Source: a virus
Taxonomy: Duplodnaviria > Caudoviricetes
DNA length: 32,346 nucleotides
Strand: one strand, 5' to 3'
Virus record (IMG/VR): IMGVR_UViG_3300034018_002494
Coordinates: 1-32,346 of that record
Shown: positions 1 through 8,292 of the stretch, one piece after another
How positions within the stretch are numbered: position 1 is the stretch's first letter
Layout of the letters: each line of letters begins with the position of its first letter
The notes under the pieces: model-generated
The model's input: the letters and a program-made list of their open reading frames with translations, nothing else
The model's database searches: none
Told to the model about the DNA's origin: nothing
Translations under genes and position numbers: made by a program

Positions 1-2
1 CT

Positions 3-218
3 CGCAAAGAGTTAGCAGCTAAGTATGAGTTGCCAGAAACAGAAATCAAAAAGATTATGACAACTTTTGGTTTAAAAATTAGTAGAAAACAACATGCTAC
101 TTATACAATTGTAGATGATACAATTGGAAATGATATAGTAAATACTGAAGCAGTTGAAATGACTCCTTTTACTGAAGCTTTTTCTCAAAATATTGAATCA
201 GAATCACAAGTAAATTAA
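3..218 (+). CDS. Hypothetical protein, 5'-truncated by the window edge; possible HTH-like N-terminal part and acidic tail
   Basis: Frame is open from position 3 (RKELAAKYELPETEIKKIM...), so the TTG start at 30 is probably not the real start. RKELAAKYEL resembles an HTH helix pair. Confidence 0.5.
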   Translation, partial: RKELAAKYELPETEIKKIMTTFGLKISRKQHATYTIVDDTIGNDIVNTEAVEMTPFTEAFSQNIESESQVN

Positions 219-225
219 TTAATAT

Positions 226-756
226 ATGTACGGAATATCAAAAGACCTAACGGTTGATGAAAACAATCGTTTTGATGGTGGAATCCATAATGGAGTAATC
301 ATTGAAAAAATCTCTTACGAGAACGCAAAGAAAGACGGAACAGGTAAAGATGTTTTAGCTTTTCATTTTAAAGGTGTTAAAGGTGAAACATTTAGACATG
401 TAGAATGGCCTATAGAATCTTCTGACGATAAAGCAGAAAGCAAAGTTGCTAATATGAGTAAACGTATTAAGCATATTTTATCTAAGTTTGTAGCTGAAGA
501 TACTATTGTAGTAGGTAATGTTTCTACTTTTCAAGAATATGCTAACGAAATTATTCGTATTGCAGCTGACAATTATAACGGTAAAACTTTTGAAATCAAG
601 TTATTATTTGATGATAAAGGTAATTTAGGTTTTCCTAAATACGTAGGTTTTATTGCTAAAGATGCTGGTACTTTGAAAGTTAGTAGTACTGAGAAAATAA
701 CTAAAGCTTCTCCTACTTCTAATGACGAAATAAACAATTTCGTTGCAGAATTTTAA
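226..756 (+). CDS. Putative single-stranded DNA-binding protein (DUF669-like phage SSB)
   Basis: 176 aa, beta-rich N-terminus (GIHNGVIIEKISYE...VLAFHF), tail ending in acidic/aromatic residues (DEINNFVAEF), immediately upstream of the primase. Confidence 0.55.
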   Translation: MYGISKDLTVDENNRFDGGIHNGVIIEKISYENAKKDGTGKDVLAFHFKGVKGETFRHVEWPIESSDDKAESKVANMSKRIKHILSKFVAEDTIVVGNVSTFQEYANEIIRIAADNYNGKTFEIKLLFDDKGNLGFPKYVGFIAKDAGTLKVSSTEKITKASPTSNDEINNFVAEF

Positions 757-780
757 TAAAAACAAAGAATAATTTAAATT

Positions 781-1749
781 ATGTATAGTATAAATGATAA
801 ACCTGAATATTTAACTCCAAATTATTTATTAAGTAAAATATCACAAGAAGATGTTTGGAAATACTATACTAATTTAACTCCAGATTCATCAAGTTTATAT
901 ACAAATCCATCAAGACATGATGTAAATGCAGGTTGTAAATTTTTTCAACAATCTGGTTATTGGTGGTTAACTGATTTTGCTAGAAAAAAAGTATATAATT
1001 GCTTCACTATACTTAAAGATATGTATAATATATCTTACCCGAAGGTACTAGACATGGTATATGAAGATTTTTTAGGTAAAGGAAGCGATTATGTAAAATC
1101 AGATTATATATACATACCTAAATTAATTAAAGAAGAAACTATAATTCAATGTAAACTTCAAAAATATACTAAACAAGACATTGATTATCTTAAATCCTTT
1201 TATCTAACCGCAAATATTTGCAAAAGACATAATGTCTATAGTGTAGCAGTGTATTGGATTAATGGTAAACAAGTTTATAGTTATAAAAATAGTGACCCTT
1301 GTTTAGGATATTTAGAAAATGGTAAATGGAAATTATATCATTATAAAAGAAAAGATTTCAGATTTGTGAGCAACATAAATTCTTCAATGTTACAAGGTTT
1401 AGACCAACTTAAATATGAAAGTAATTTATTAATTATAACAAAAAGTAAAAAAGATGTTATGGTTTATGATTTATTAGGATATGAATCAGTTGCTCCACAT
1501 TCTGAAGCTTTATCTAAATGGGAAATGCATTTGCCTCATTTACAAAACAATTACGACCAAATATTAATTAATTTTGACAATGATGAAGCTGGATATATAG
1601 CTTCTGAATCTGTAATTAATAAATATTCAAATTTGATTCCTTTATTTATTCCAATAGAATCAAATCAAAAAGACATTAGTGACTATATAAAGTCATACGG
1701 AATAAATCAAACAATAAATAATTTAAAAAAATGGCTAGAAAAATTATAG
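781..1749 (+). CDS. DnaG-like Toprim DNA primase (crAss-like type)
   Basis: Toprim motifs LIITKSKKDVM and INFDNDEAG, C-terminal KDISDY, degenerate zinc-binding-type N-terminal region (NPSRHD...C...WLTDF). Confidence 0.85.
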   Translation: MYSINDKPEYLTPNYLLSKISQEDVWKYYTNLTPDSSSLYTNPSRHDVNAGCKFFQQSGYWWLTDFARKKVYNCFTILKDMYNISYPKVLDMVYEDFLGKGSDYVKSDYIYIPKLIKEETIIQCKLQKYTKQDIDYLKSFYLTANICKRHNVYSVAVYWINGKQVYSYKNSDPCLGYLENGKWKLYHYKRKDFRFVSNINSSMLQGLDQLKYESNLLIITKSKKDVMVYDLLGYESVAPHSEALSKWEMHLPHLQNNYDQILINFDNDEAGYIASESVINKYSNLIPLFIPIESNQKDISDYIKSYGINQTINNLKKWLEKL

Positions 1750-2135
1750 TTTTTTCAACAAAAACAAACACATCACAAAGTTTAATATCAAGTTCTACAA
1801 CATGGGGAGAACTTAGAGCAGAAATTCCTTCATTATTAAATGAAGATATGGTAGCTACTATTGTAGAAACTAGAAATCAATTAGTATCTATGGAAGCAAT
1901 ACTTCCTGAAGGAGAATTTAAATTAGTTTTAACTCCTGCTAAAACCAAATCTGGTTCTGAATCTATTGATGTAGCTTCAATAATTGCTCGTCTTAAAGAA
2001 AAATTTGACGAAGCTTTTGAAGTTATTTTAGAAGAAATCGAATATGGCGAACACTCATCTGGTTTATCTTCAAATTCATCTGATTCAAATTTAGCAGCAG
2101 AAGCAGCTAAAATTAAAAAAGAATTAGGTTTGTAA
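1731..2135 (+). CDS. Putative ubiquitin-like (beta-grasp) protein precursor with C-terminal extension
   Basis: Residues 1-75 show a beta-beta-alpha-beta-beta pattern (RKIIVF / SQSLIS / TWGELRAEI / MVATIV / LPEGEFKLVLTP) ending KTKSG75, followed by a 59-aa acidic tail. Adjacent to E2-, JAB- and E1-like genes. Confidence 0.6.
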   Translation: MARKIIVFSTKTNTSQSLISSSTTWGELRAEIPSLLNEDMVATIVETRNQLVSMEAILPEGEFKLVLTPAKTKSGSESIDVASIIARLKEKFDEAFEVILEEIEYGEHSSGLSSNSSDSNLAAEAAKIKKELGL

Positions 2136-2143
2136 TTTTATTT

Positions 2144-2180
2144 AAAACTCTCTTGTTGTATTTAACAAGAGAGTTTTTTT
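2144..2180 (+). terminator. Rho-independent terminator
   Basis: Perfect 14-bp stem AAAACTCTCTTGTT / AACAAGAGAGTTTT with a 6-nt loop, running into a T tract, just after the 2135 stop. Confidence 0.8.
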
Positions 2181-2197
2181 ATTTTTAAATTAAAAAA

Positions 2198-3502
2198 ATG
2201 AAAATATTAGTAACTGGAATTACAAAAACTCGCTCTGGTGGTGCACCTGCAACTTTAATATATAAAATATTTGAAAAATTTACATTAATTGATAATTACT
2301 ATAATATTATTGATGATATAACTGATTGTAATTGGTCAATTGATAAAAGAGATGTTATAGTTATAGAAAACAAAATTCCTAAAATAGAATATGACCCTGA
2401 TTGTTATATTGAATCTGAAGAATACTATAATAATGTTTCTGCAACATTTTTAGATAATTTTACATTAAATTCTTATAACAAATTAACAGGAAAAGAACAT
2501 CTTACCGATGAAGAATTCTTTAATAAATATTTAAAAAATAATAAAGGTGATTCTTTTGATTGGAAAATATCAATTAAAAACTTTTTTGGAGATAGAGTAG
2601 ATATACAAAATGATTTTTTTATAGTATATTTTCCAATAAAACATGTTCAAAATAGTTCAGGAAGACAACATACTATTTATGATGTTTATTTAAAAGTAAT
2701 TGTTACTGAAATAAATACTTTTAATAAAAAATATTCACCTTATTTTTATCAATATTTTGAAGAATTTTTAAAAAAAGATAGTTTTGATTCTTGTTTTACA
2801 TTAACAAGTGGAACAAGAACTAGAGTTTCTGATGAAGAATATTCTAGTTTATATAATTTTTCTCATTTTCAAAGAGGATTTGGTGAATGGAAAAACACTT
2901 GTTTAGGTGAAGGATTGTTAAGTGCATACAAAACTATTCCAATTTGTAATGAAGAACATGTTATAAGTTATTGTGTAGCTTTAGAAAATTATCTTTCTTG
3001 GGAATCTTTAGAAGGTGGACCTTATATTAAAATTAGTGATATTAAATCTAATATTGAAAAAGAAACTTTATCTTATTCTGCATTTTATAAAACAATGATA
3101 CCTAGTTTAATATCAAATATGTTTAAAGATTTGATTTTAGATATAAATGAAAATACAATTTTTATAAATTATTCTGCTTTAGATGAAGTTAATTCTTTTT
3201 ATGCTATTAACAAAAATTATATTTCTATAAATAAATTAAATCAAAATGATAAAAATACTAATAGTACTACAAAAACTATTGGAAATGACTTTTTTGTTTT
3301 TAATGAAAAAAAAGTTGGCAAACTTACAATTGATAGTTCTTTAAACAAAACTTCAAGCGAAACAATTTTTTCTGGAGAATTAGATGTATATAAATATCAT
3401 TATTTTCAACTAAAAGATGACTTAATTAATCAAATAAATATTATTATAAATGACAAATCAAACAATTTCCTTGAAAAAAAACCCTTATTCAGAATTAACT
3501 GA
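2198..3502 (+). CDS. Putative E2-like (ubiquitin-conjugating fold) protein
   Basis: Central motif YNFSH223...NTC235LGEG resembles the E2 His...Cys-Leu-Gly active-site region, preceded by beta strands and followed by a helix (YCVALENYLSWES). Located between the Ubl and JAB genes. Confidence 0.5.
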   Translation: MKILVTGITKTRSGGAPATLIYKIFEKFTLIDNYYNIIDDITDCNWSIDKRDVIVIENKIPKIEYDPDCYIESEEYYNNVSATFLDNFTLNSYNKLTGKEHLTDEEFFNKYLKNNKGDSFDWKISIKNFFGDRVDIQNDFFIVYFPIKHVQNSSGRQHTIYDVYLKVIVTEINTFNKKYSPYFYQYFEEFLKKDSFDSCFTLTSGTRTRVSDEEYSSLYNFSHFQRGFGEWKNTCLGEGLLSAYKTIPICNEEHVISYCVALENYLSWESLEGGPYIKISDIKSNIEKETLSYSAFYKTMIPSLISNMFKDLILDINENTIFINYSALDEVNSFYAINKNYISINKLNQNDKNTNSTTKTIGNDFFVFNEKKVGKLTIDSSLNKTSSETIFSGELDVYKYHYFQLKDDLINQINIIINDKSNNFLEKKPLFRIN

Positions 3503-4616
3503 GTTTTCTAAAAAGAAGGGTAAATTAATATTGAGTCAAACTGTAATTGACCAAATTAAGTATTTATGTTCTAAAATGCCATTAGTAGAATGGTCAGGTG
3601 TATTATATCACACTAGTGAAGGTGATTTACAAAATCCAGAACAATTTACATGTAAAGCTGAATATATATTGCTATTAGACAAAGGCACTTCAGGTTATAC
3701 AGAATATGATTTTTCTTCTCCTTCTTTTACAGAAGCTTTGATGGAAAAACCAGAACTTATGGAATGGTCTATGAGCCATATTCATTCACATAACAACATG
3801 GCAGTTTTCTTTAGTGGAACTGACAATGAAGAGCTTACAGACAATGCTCCTAATTACAACTACTACCTTTCGTTAATTGTAAATAACAAAAATGAATATT
3901 GCGCTAGAATTGCATTCATTGGTGAAATTGAAGGTAGGACAATAAAATTTAAAGATAGATATGGAGTAGAACAAATGATAAGTTCACCAAATAAACAAGT
4001 TACATTTTATTATGAAATGGAAATATTTGCTGAAAAATCTAATTTAATTGATGATTTCTTTATTAAACAATACGAAAAAGTAACTGAGGTTAAACCAATA
4101 GAAACTTTTTCTAGATATGGTAACTTTTTCTCAAAAGAAGATTTTGATTATAATGCAAGTTATTCAAAAAATAAACAAAGTCATTACAAACAAGGTAATT
4201 TGTTTAGTGAAAAAAACAAAGAAAGAAGCGAAAATCAATTAACTTGGGATTCTCAAGCTGTAAATTTTATTAAAAGATTAATTGACGTTAATTATGAAAT
4301 AAAAGATATCTCATTATATTTTATTTACAATCAAGATTATTCTTCTCCTTTACATAATTATTTAGACGATTTGATTCCTAAAAATAAAGGACATTTTAAA
4401 AACAATAAAGAAGTTAAAGAGTTTATTGAAGTTAGATTAAATAATGCAGATGAAATATTTGAATATTTTGCAATTAGTTCTGATGATTATGATAATACAA
4501 GTAGCTTAAATGATGTTTGGACGGATTCCGTTAACTTTCTAAAAGTAAGTAGTTTTAAAAATCATCCAACAACAAAATTAATTATAGAGGAAATGGACAA
4601 ATGGGTATGGCAATAA
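3450..4616 (+). CDS. JAB/MPN+ (JAMM) metallo-isopeptidase domain protein
   Basis: Complete JAMM motif: E47 (VEWSG) and H112-S-H114-x7-S122-x2-D125 (HIHSHNNMAVFFSGTD). Confidence 0.88.
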   Translation: MTNQTISLKKNPYSELTEFSKKKGKLILSQTVIDQIKYLCSKMPLVEWSGVLYHTSEGDLQNPEQFTCKAEYILLLDKGTSGYTEYDFSSPSFTEALMEKPELMEWSMSHIHSHNNMAVFFSGTDNEELTDNAPNYNYYLSLIVNNKNEYCARIAFIGEIEGRTIKFKDRYGVEQMISSPNKQVTFYYEMEIFAEKSNLIDDFFIKQYEKVTEVKPIETFSRYGNFFSKEDFDYNASYSKNKQSHYKQGNLFSEKNKERSENQLTWDSQAVNFIKRLIDVNYEIKDISLYFIYNQDYSSPLHNYLDDLIPKNKGHFKNNKEVKEFIEVRLNNADEIFEYFAISSDDYDNTSSLNDVWTDSVNFLKVSSFKNHPTTKLIIEEMDKWVWQ

Positions 4617-5284
4617 AAATAATTAAACAAAGTACAGTAAGATTTTCAGAAGCTTACTTTTACAAACCAAAAGTAGAAGTTTTAGTATTAGGATTAGGGG
4701 GTATTGGCTCATGGCTGACCCTTAATCTTGCTAGACTAGAATGTAATTTACATCTATATGATTATGATTTAATTGATGAAGTAAATTTAGCTGGTCAATT
4801 GTATGCTAATACTGATATTGGAATGAGAAAGCTTGATAGTATTAATAGTTTAGTCAATTTATTATGTGATAAACCTAATATAATTTCTTTAAATGAAAAA
4901 TATACTAATGAAAGTTTTACTGGTCCAATAGTATTTTCTTGTTTTGACAATATGGCTGCAAGAAAATTAGCTTTTGATAAATGGAAAGTTGAAGATGATA
5001 GAGAACTTTTTATTGATGGAAGAATGGCACTTTCAACAGGAGAAGTTTATTGTGTAACAAAAGGAAAAGAAGAAGAGTACGAAAGAACTTTATTTGATGA
5101 TTCTGAAGTTGAAGATGCTGCTTGTAGTATGAAAGCAACTACTTTTAGTGGTATGGCTATTGCAAGTATAATGACAGCGTTATTTTGTAATTATGTAGGT
5201 ACAACTTTAAATCCAGATTTACCAGTTAATTTATCTTTTAAAACAACTTACAATTTTCCGTTAATGATGTTTGAAAGTATATGA
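4601..5284 (+). CDS. ThiF/MoeB/E1-family adenylyltransferase (ubiquitin-activating-like)
   Basis: VLVLGLGGIGS nucleotide-binding loop, LYDYD, NLAGQ, CFDNMAAR, IDGR, and candidate thioester Cys175 (AACSMK). Confidence 0.92.
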   Translation: MGMAIKIIKQSTVRFSEAYFYKPKVEVLVLGLGGIGSWLTLNLARLECNLHLYDYDLIDEVNLAGQLYANTDIGMRKLDSINSLVNLLCDKPNIISLNEKYTNESFTGPIVFSCFDNMAARKLAFDKWKVEDDRELFIDGRMALSTGEVYCVTKGKEEEYERTLFDDSEVEDAACSMKATTFSGMAIASIMTALFCNYVGTTLNPDLPVNLSFKTTYNFPLMMFESI

Positions 5285-6648
5285 AAATTCTTAGAAATAC
5301 TAGAAATTTTAATCCTTTATCTCCTGAAGTAGAAATAGATGTAAAAAGTTTAAATATTATTCCTTTATTTGATATAAATACTTGCAATTTTGATTTAGAA
5401 AAAACTGATTTAAATAGAACACTTCTTAAAAATAATACTGCTGTTAGAATTTTATTTAATAAAAATTTAATTGATTATATTTATTTTTCAAATAATCTAT
5501 TAGAATTTGATTACAAAACATTACAATCAAAATATAAAAATTATAAAGAAAGAATAAAAGAATCAATTTATGGTATTTTTAATAATAAAGTAATTTTACT
5601 TAATACTATTGCTAGTACTAATTTTCAATTTAATGAAAAAGTATATATTAATGTCTTTAATATAAAAAATAATTTTCAATTTAAAGGTAATAATCAAAAT
5701 ATAAAAAATGTTTTTGATAATCTTTTTACAAAAAAAGTAATTAGAAATAATGAAAAATTAGCTATTTATTTTGGTTCTGTTTTTAAAGAAGTTAGTGAAG
5801 GTATATATCCTGTTTTATTATCAGGTATTGATGCAAATAAAATAGATTCTTTTAAATTAAATTTATTATATAATTATATAAATGAACCTACTGATTTTAA
5901 TTCAGTTAAAGTTTATGTAGATAAAGATTGGTATTTACAATCTTGCAATAAATCTTTAAAAACTTATTTTCTAAAAAGTTTAAACGAAAAATATTATAAT
6001 TACGAACTTATATTATTTGACGGTAAAGAATTTGCTAATCAAAATATGTTTTCTTATCAGCCTTTATCATTTTCTACTCTTTCTAAGAAAAAGAAATATT
6101 TTACTGAAATTGAAACTAAACTTTTTGAAAATTTAACAAAAAACTATGTAGATAATTTTGATTATAAAATTTTACAAAAAACATTTTTAGATAAATACAC
6201 TCAATTATTAGAAAATAATAGAAAAGAAAAAGAAAATATTGAAGAAAGTAAACCTGAAATATTAGAAACTAGAAGTTTAACTTCAGAAGAAATGTCTTTA
6301 ATTGATTCGTTATTTCAAAATGATTTTGCAACAGATTTAAGTGAAAGTGAAGGAGAAAATCCTGTAGAAAATATTAATTTTCTTCCAACTGGTATACATT
6401 ATAGTGAACTTACACCTAGTATTCTTACAGACTATATTCGTGATATTACCAATAATAGTACAGAAAATCAAGAAATACCTGTAGAAAATGTTAATTCTTT
6501 TCCAACTGCTATATCTCATCCTGACCTTAATCAAGAAATACCTTCATTTGATTTAGGTTTAGAAGAATCAATTTCTCAAATAGATGAAACATTTACAGAT
6601 TTAGAAGATGAATTACGTAGAATAGCTAATGAAATACAAAATGGATAA
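5281..6648 (+). CDS. Hypothetical protein with acidic low-complexity C-terminus
   Basis: 455-aa ORF coupled to the E1 gene by an ATGA overlap; no recognisable catalytic motif. Confidence 0.7.
   Translation: MKILRNTRNFNPLSPEVEIDVKSLNIIPLFDINTCNFDLEKTDLNRTLLKNNTAVRILFNKNLIDYIYFSNNLLEFDYKTLQSKYKNYKERIKESIYGIFNNKVILLNTIASTNFQFNEKVYINVFNIKNNFQFKGNNQNIKNVFDNLFTKKVIRNNEKLAIYFGSVFKEVSEGIYPVLLSGIDANKIDSFKLNLLYNYINEPTDFNSVKVYVDKDWYLQSCNKSLKTYFLKSLNEKYYNYELILFDGKEFANQNMFSYQPLSFSTLSKKKKYFTEIETKLFENLTKNYVDNFDYKILQKTFLDKYTQLLENNRKEKENIEESKPEILETRSLTSEEMSLIDSLFQNDFATDLSESEGENPVENINFLPTGIHYSELTPSILTDYIRDITNNSTENQEIPVENVNSFPTAISHPDLNQEIPSFDLGLEESISQIDETFTDLEDELRRIANEIQNG
6361..6543 (+). repeat. Intragenic imperfect direct repeats
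   Basis: CCTGTAGAAAATATTAATTTTCTTCCAACTG (6361-6391) vs CCTGTAGAAAATGTTAATTCTTTTCCAACTG (6478-6508); AATCAAGAAATACCT at 6466 and 6529. Confidence 0.8.
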
Positions 6649-7258
6649 AAACTTTAAACATTTATATACGTTAGAAATTCCTAAGTATATAACATCAGTA
6701 CAAACTTCTAAATCGATTAGACCTAAATATTATTCTAATATTGCTGGAATAGGTAGAGTTAATAAATGTCCTAAAAAATTAGAAGGTGCTCAAGTAGACA
6801 GTAAAGGTTTCTATCTTGACAAAGATGGTAATAAAATTATAGCTAATACAAGAAGTGTAGGTAAAGCTAGGCAAGTTCCTATTAATGCTCAAATACTTTA
6901 TGTAGGTAGTACATGGAATAGAGTTGCTATTAAAAATGGATTAGAAGAATTTTTTATAGATTACATTAGAGATATGCCAGTTTTTAATGGTAGTATTGTA
7001 ATGGAATGTGAAATTCATACTATAATAGGACATTCTCAAGCAGATTTGGACAATTTAGGTTATATGTATGGTAAAGTATTAACTGACACTATGGTAAACA
7101 TGGGAAGATTAGTTGATGACAAAGTGCCTTATGTAACTAAACCTTGTTCAGCTCCTTTATTTTATCCTGTTGATTCATTTGATAATAGAAAATTAGTTTA
7201 TCATTTTTATCAAGATGAAAGACCTGAAATATTAAAATTAAATAAAGTAGAAGATTAA
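6629..7258 (+). CDS. RusA-like Holliday junction resolvase (start may be 6641)
   Basis: RusA-type motif ADLDNL...KVLTD...LVDD in the C-terminal half. Confidence 0.7.
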   Translation: MKYKMDKNFKHLYTLEIPKYITSVQTSKSIRPKYYSNIAGIGRVNKCPKKLEGAQVDSKGFYLDKDGNKIIANTRSVGKARQVPINAQILYVGSTWNRVAIKNGLEEFFIDYIRDMPVFNGSIVMECEIHTIIGHSQADLDNLGYMYGKVLTDTMVNMGRLVDDKVPYVTKPCSAPLFYPVDSFDNRKLVYHFYQDERPEILKLNKVED

Positions 7259-7278
7259 TTTCTTCTACTTTATTTTTA
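7240..7278 (+). terminator. Rho-independent terminator-like hairpin
   Basis: Perfect 15-bp stem AAATAAAGTAGAAGA / TCTTCTACTTTATTT with loop TTAATT containing the stop codon, then a T tract. Confidence 0.7.
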
Positions 7279-7300
7279 AAATTAAAAAAATTAAATTAAC

Positions 7301-7543
7301 ATGAAAAAAATTATTATTCTATTAGCTGTTATTGCAATAATGGCTTCTTGTAAAAAAGAATGCAATTTCCCACCTGCTCCTTATGGCACAGCAGACGATG
7401 TAACCGAGTATGTATCTACTGGGTACAACACCATTACTTACACCTACTACTGCTATAATGGTAGGTACACTTCTGTTACCTACACGAATACAGAAAGCTG
7501 TATTTGGGAAGAAAGTTATTTTTACTCTACTTGTATTAAGTAA
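7301..7543 (+). CDS. Small lipoprotein
   Basis: Signal peptide II MKKIIILLAVIAIMASC17 followed by KKE; Tyr/Thr-rich mature part with 4 further Cys. Confidence 0.8.
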   Translation: MKKIIILLAVIAIMASCKKECNFPPAPYGTADDVTEYVSTGYNTITYTYYCYNGRYTSVTYTNTESCIWEESYFYSTCIK

Positions 7544-7628
7544 CGGTTGGGTGTATGAGAAGGTTTGCTTAGATAAACTTTCAATTTACCGAAAATGTTG
7601 ATAGCAAACTTTCTTATACACCTTGTTA
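7541..7628. repeat. attC-like imperfect palindrome (element A)
   Basis: TAAC-ggttg-GGTGTATGAGAAGGTTTGCT ... AGCAAACTTTCTTATACACC-tt-GTTA; arms 18/20 complementary. The TAA of TAAC is the stop of the upstream gene. Confidence 0.75.
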
Positions 7629-7668
7629 TATTTAAGTTTGTTTTTGTTTTACCGATTAAAAAAATATT

Positions 7669-8055
7669 ATGAAAATAGAAAAAGTATACAATAATATTAG
7701 ATACACTTTATCTAATGAAGACCTTCAAGTTGGGGATAAAGTATATCCAATTGCAAGAGGCAGGTGCTTAGATGGTGGGGGGTGGATATTGCATGATATA
7801 GATTTTAGGGATTTCTCAAGTGGATTTCCTGACGAACCACACACTATACTAGACTTGAACTATGATAATGGTAGGCAAATGCCTGAGTTCTTCCTAGGGA
7901 AATCTTATCAAGTAAGGACTAATTATGGCTATTCTAATATTGAGTCTTACTATAAAATAATTAAACGAGAAGAACATGTTAAGGTAAAAGAAAGCATGTT
8001 TGGAGGCTATTACGAATGGGTTGAAATAGATACCTCAAAACAAAAACAAACTTGA
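7669..8055 (+). CDS. Hypothetical phage protein (cassette-borne)
   Basis: 128-aa ORF with A-rich leader, enclosed by 22-bp terminal inverted repeats at 7625-7646 and 8041-8062. Confidence 0.75.
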   Translation: MKIEKVYNNIRYTLSNEDLQVGDKVYPIARGRCLDGGGWILHDIDFRDFSSGFPDEPHTILDLNYDNGRQMPEFFLGKSYQVRTNYGYSNIESYYKIIKREEHVKVKESMFGGYYEWVEIDTSKQKQT

Positions 8056-8124
8056 ATATAACAATTCGCTATACGCAACTCACTTCGTAGAGCATACTAA
8101 ACAGAAAAGCAAAAAAAAAACTAA

Positions 8125-8253
8125 ATGGATAAACTAATTGATAGATATTGGGAGTTAAAGCGTGAAATAATTAATACGCCACCAATTTATTTTTTAAAAC
8201 TAAAAAGACTATTTCGTGAATATAAAGAAATCAAAGAAAAAATCGAGAGGTAA
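8125..8253 (+). CDS. Small hypothetical protein (42 aa, not in the ORF track)
   Basis: MDKLIDRYWELKREIINTPPIYFLKLKRLFREYKEIKEKIER*, poly-A leader, flanked by the 11-bp inverted repeat TATACGCAACT/AGTTGCGTATA. Confidence 0.55.
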   Translation: MDKLIDRYWELKREIINTPPIYFLKLKRLFREYKEIKEKIER

Positions 8254-8292
8254 AGTTGCGTATAATTAGAACAAACTAAAATTGAAACACAA

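Noticed and set aside
4601-5284. ThiF as a thiamine or molybdopterin biosynthesis auxiliary gene
   Set aside because: No thiS/thiG/moaD/moaE context in the window; neighbours are JAB and E2-like genes.
6337-6534. Minus-strand 65-aa ORF
   Set aside because: Entirely antisense to the 455-aa gene; shadow ORF.
7410-7601. Alternative-frame 63-aa ORF
   Set aside because: Overlaps the lipoprotein gene, which has a clear signal peptide; non-ATG start.
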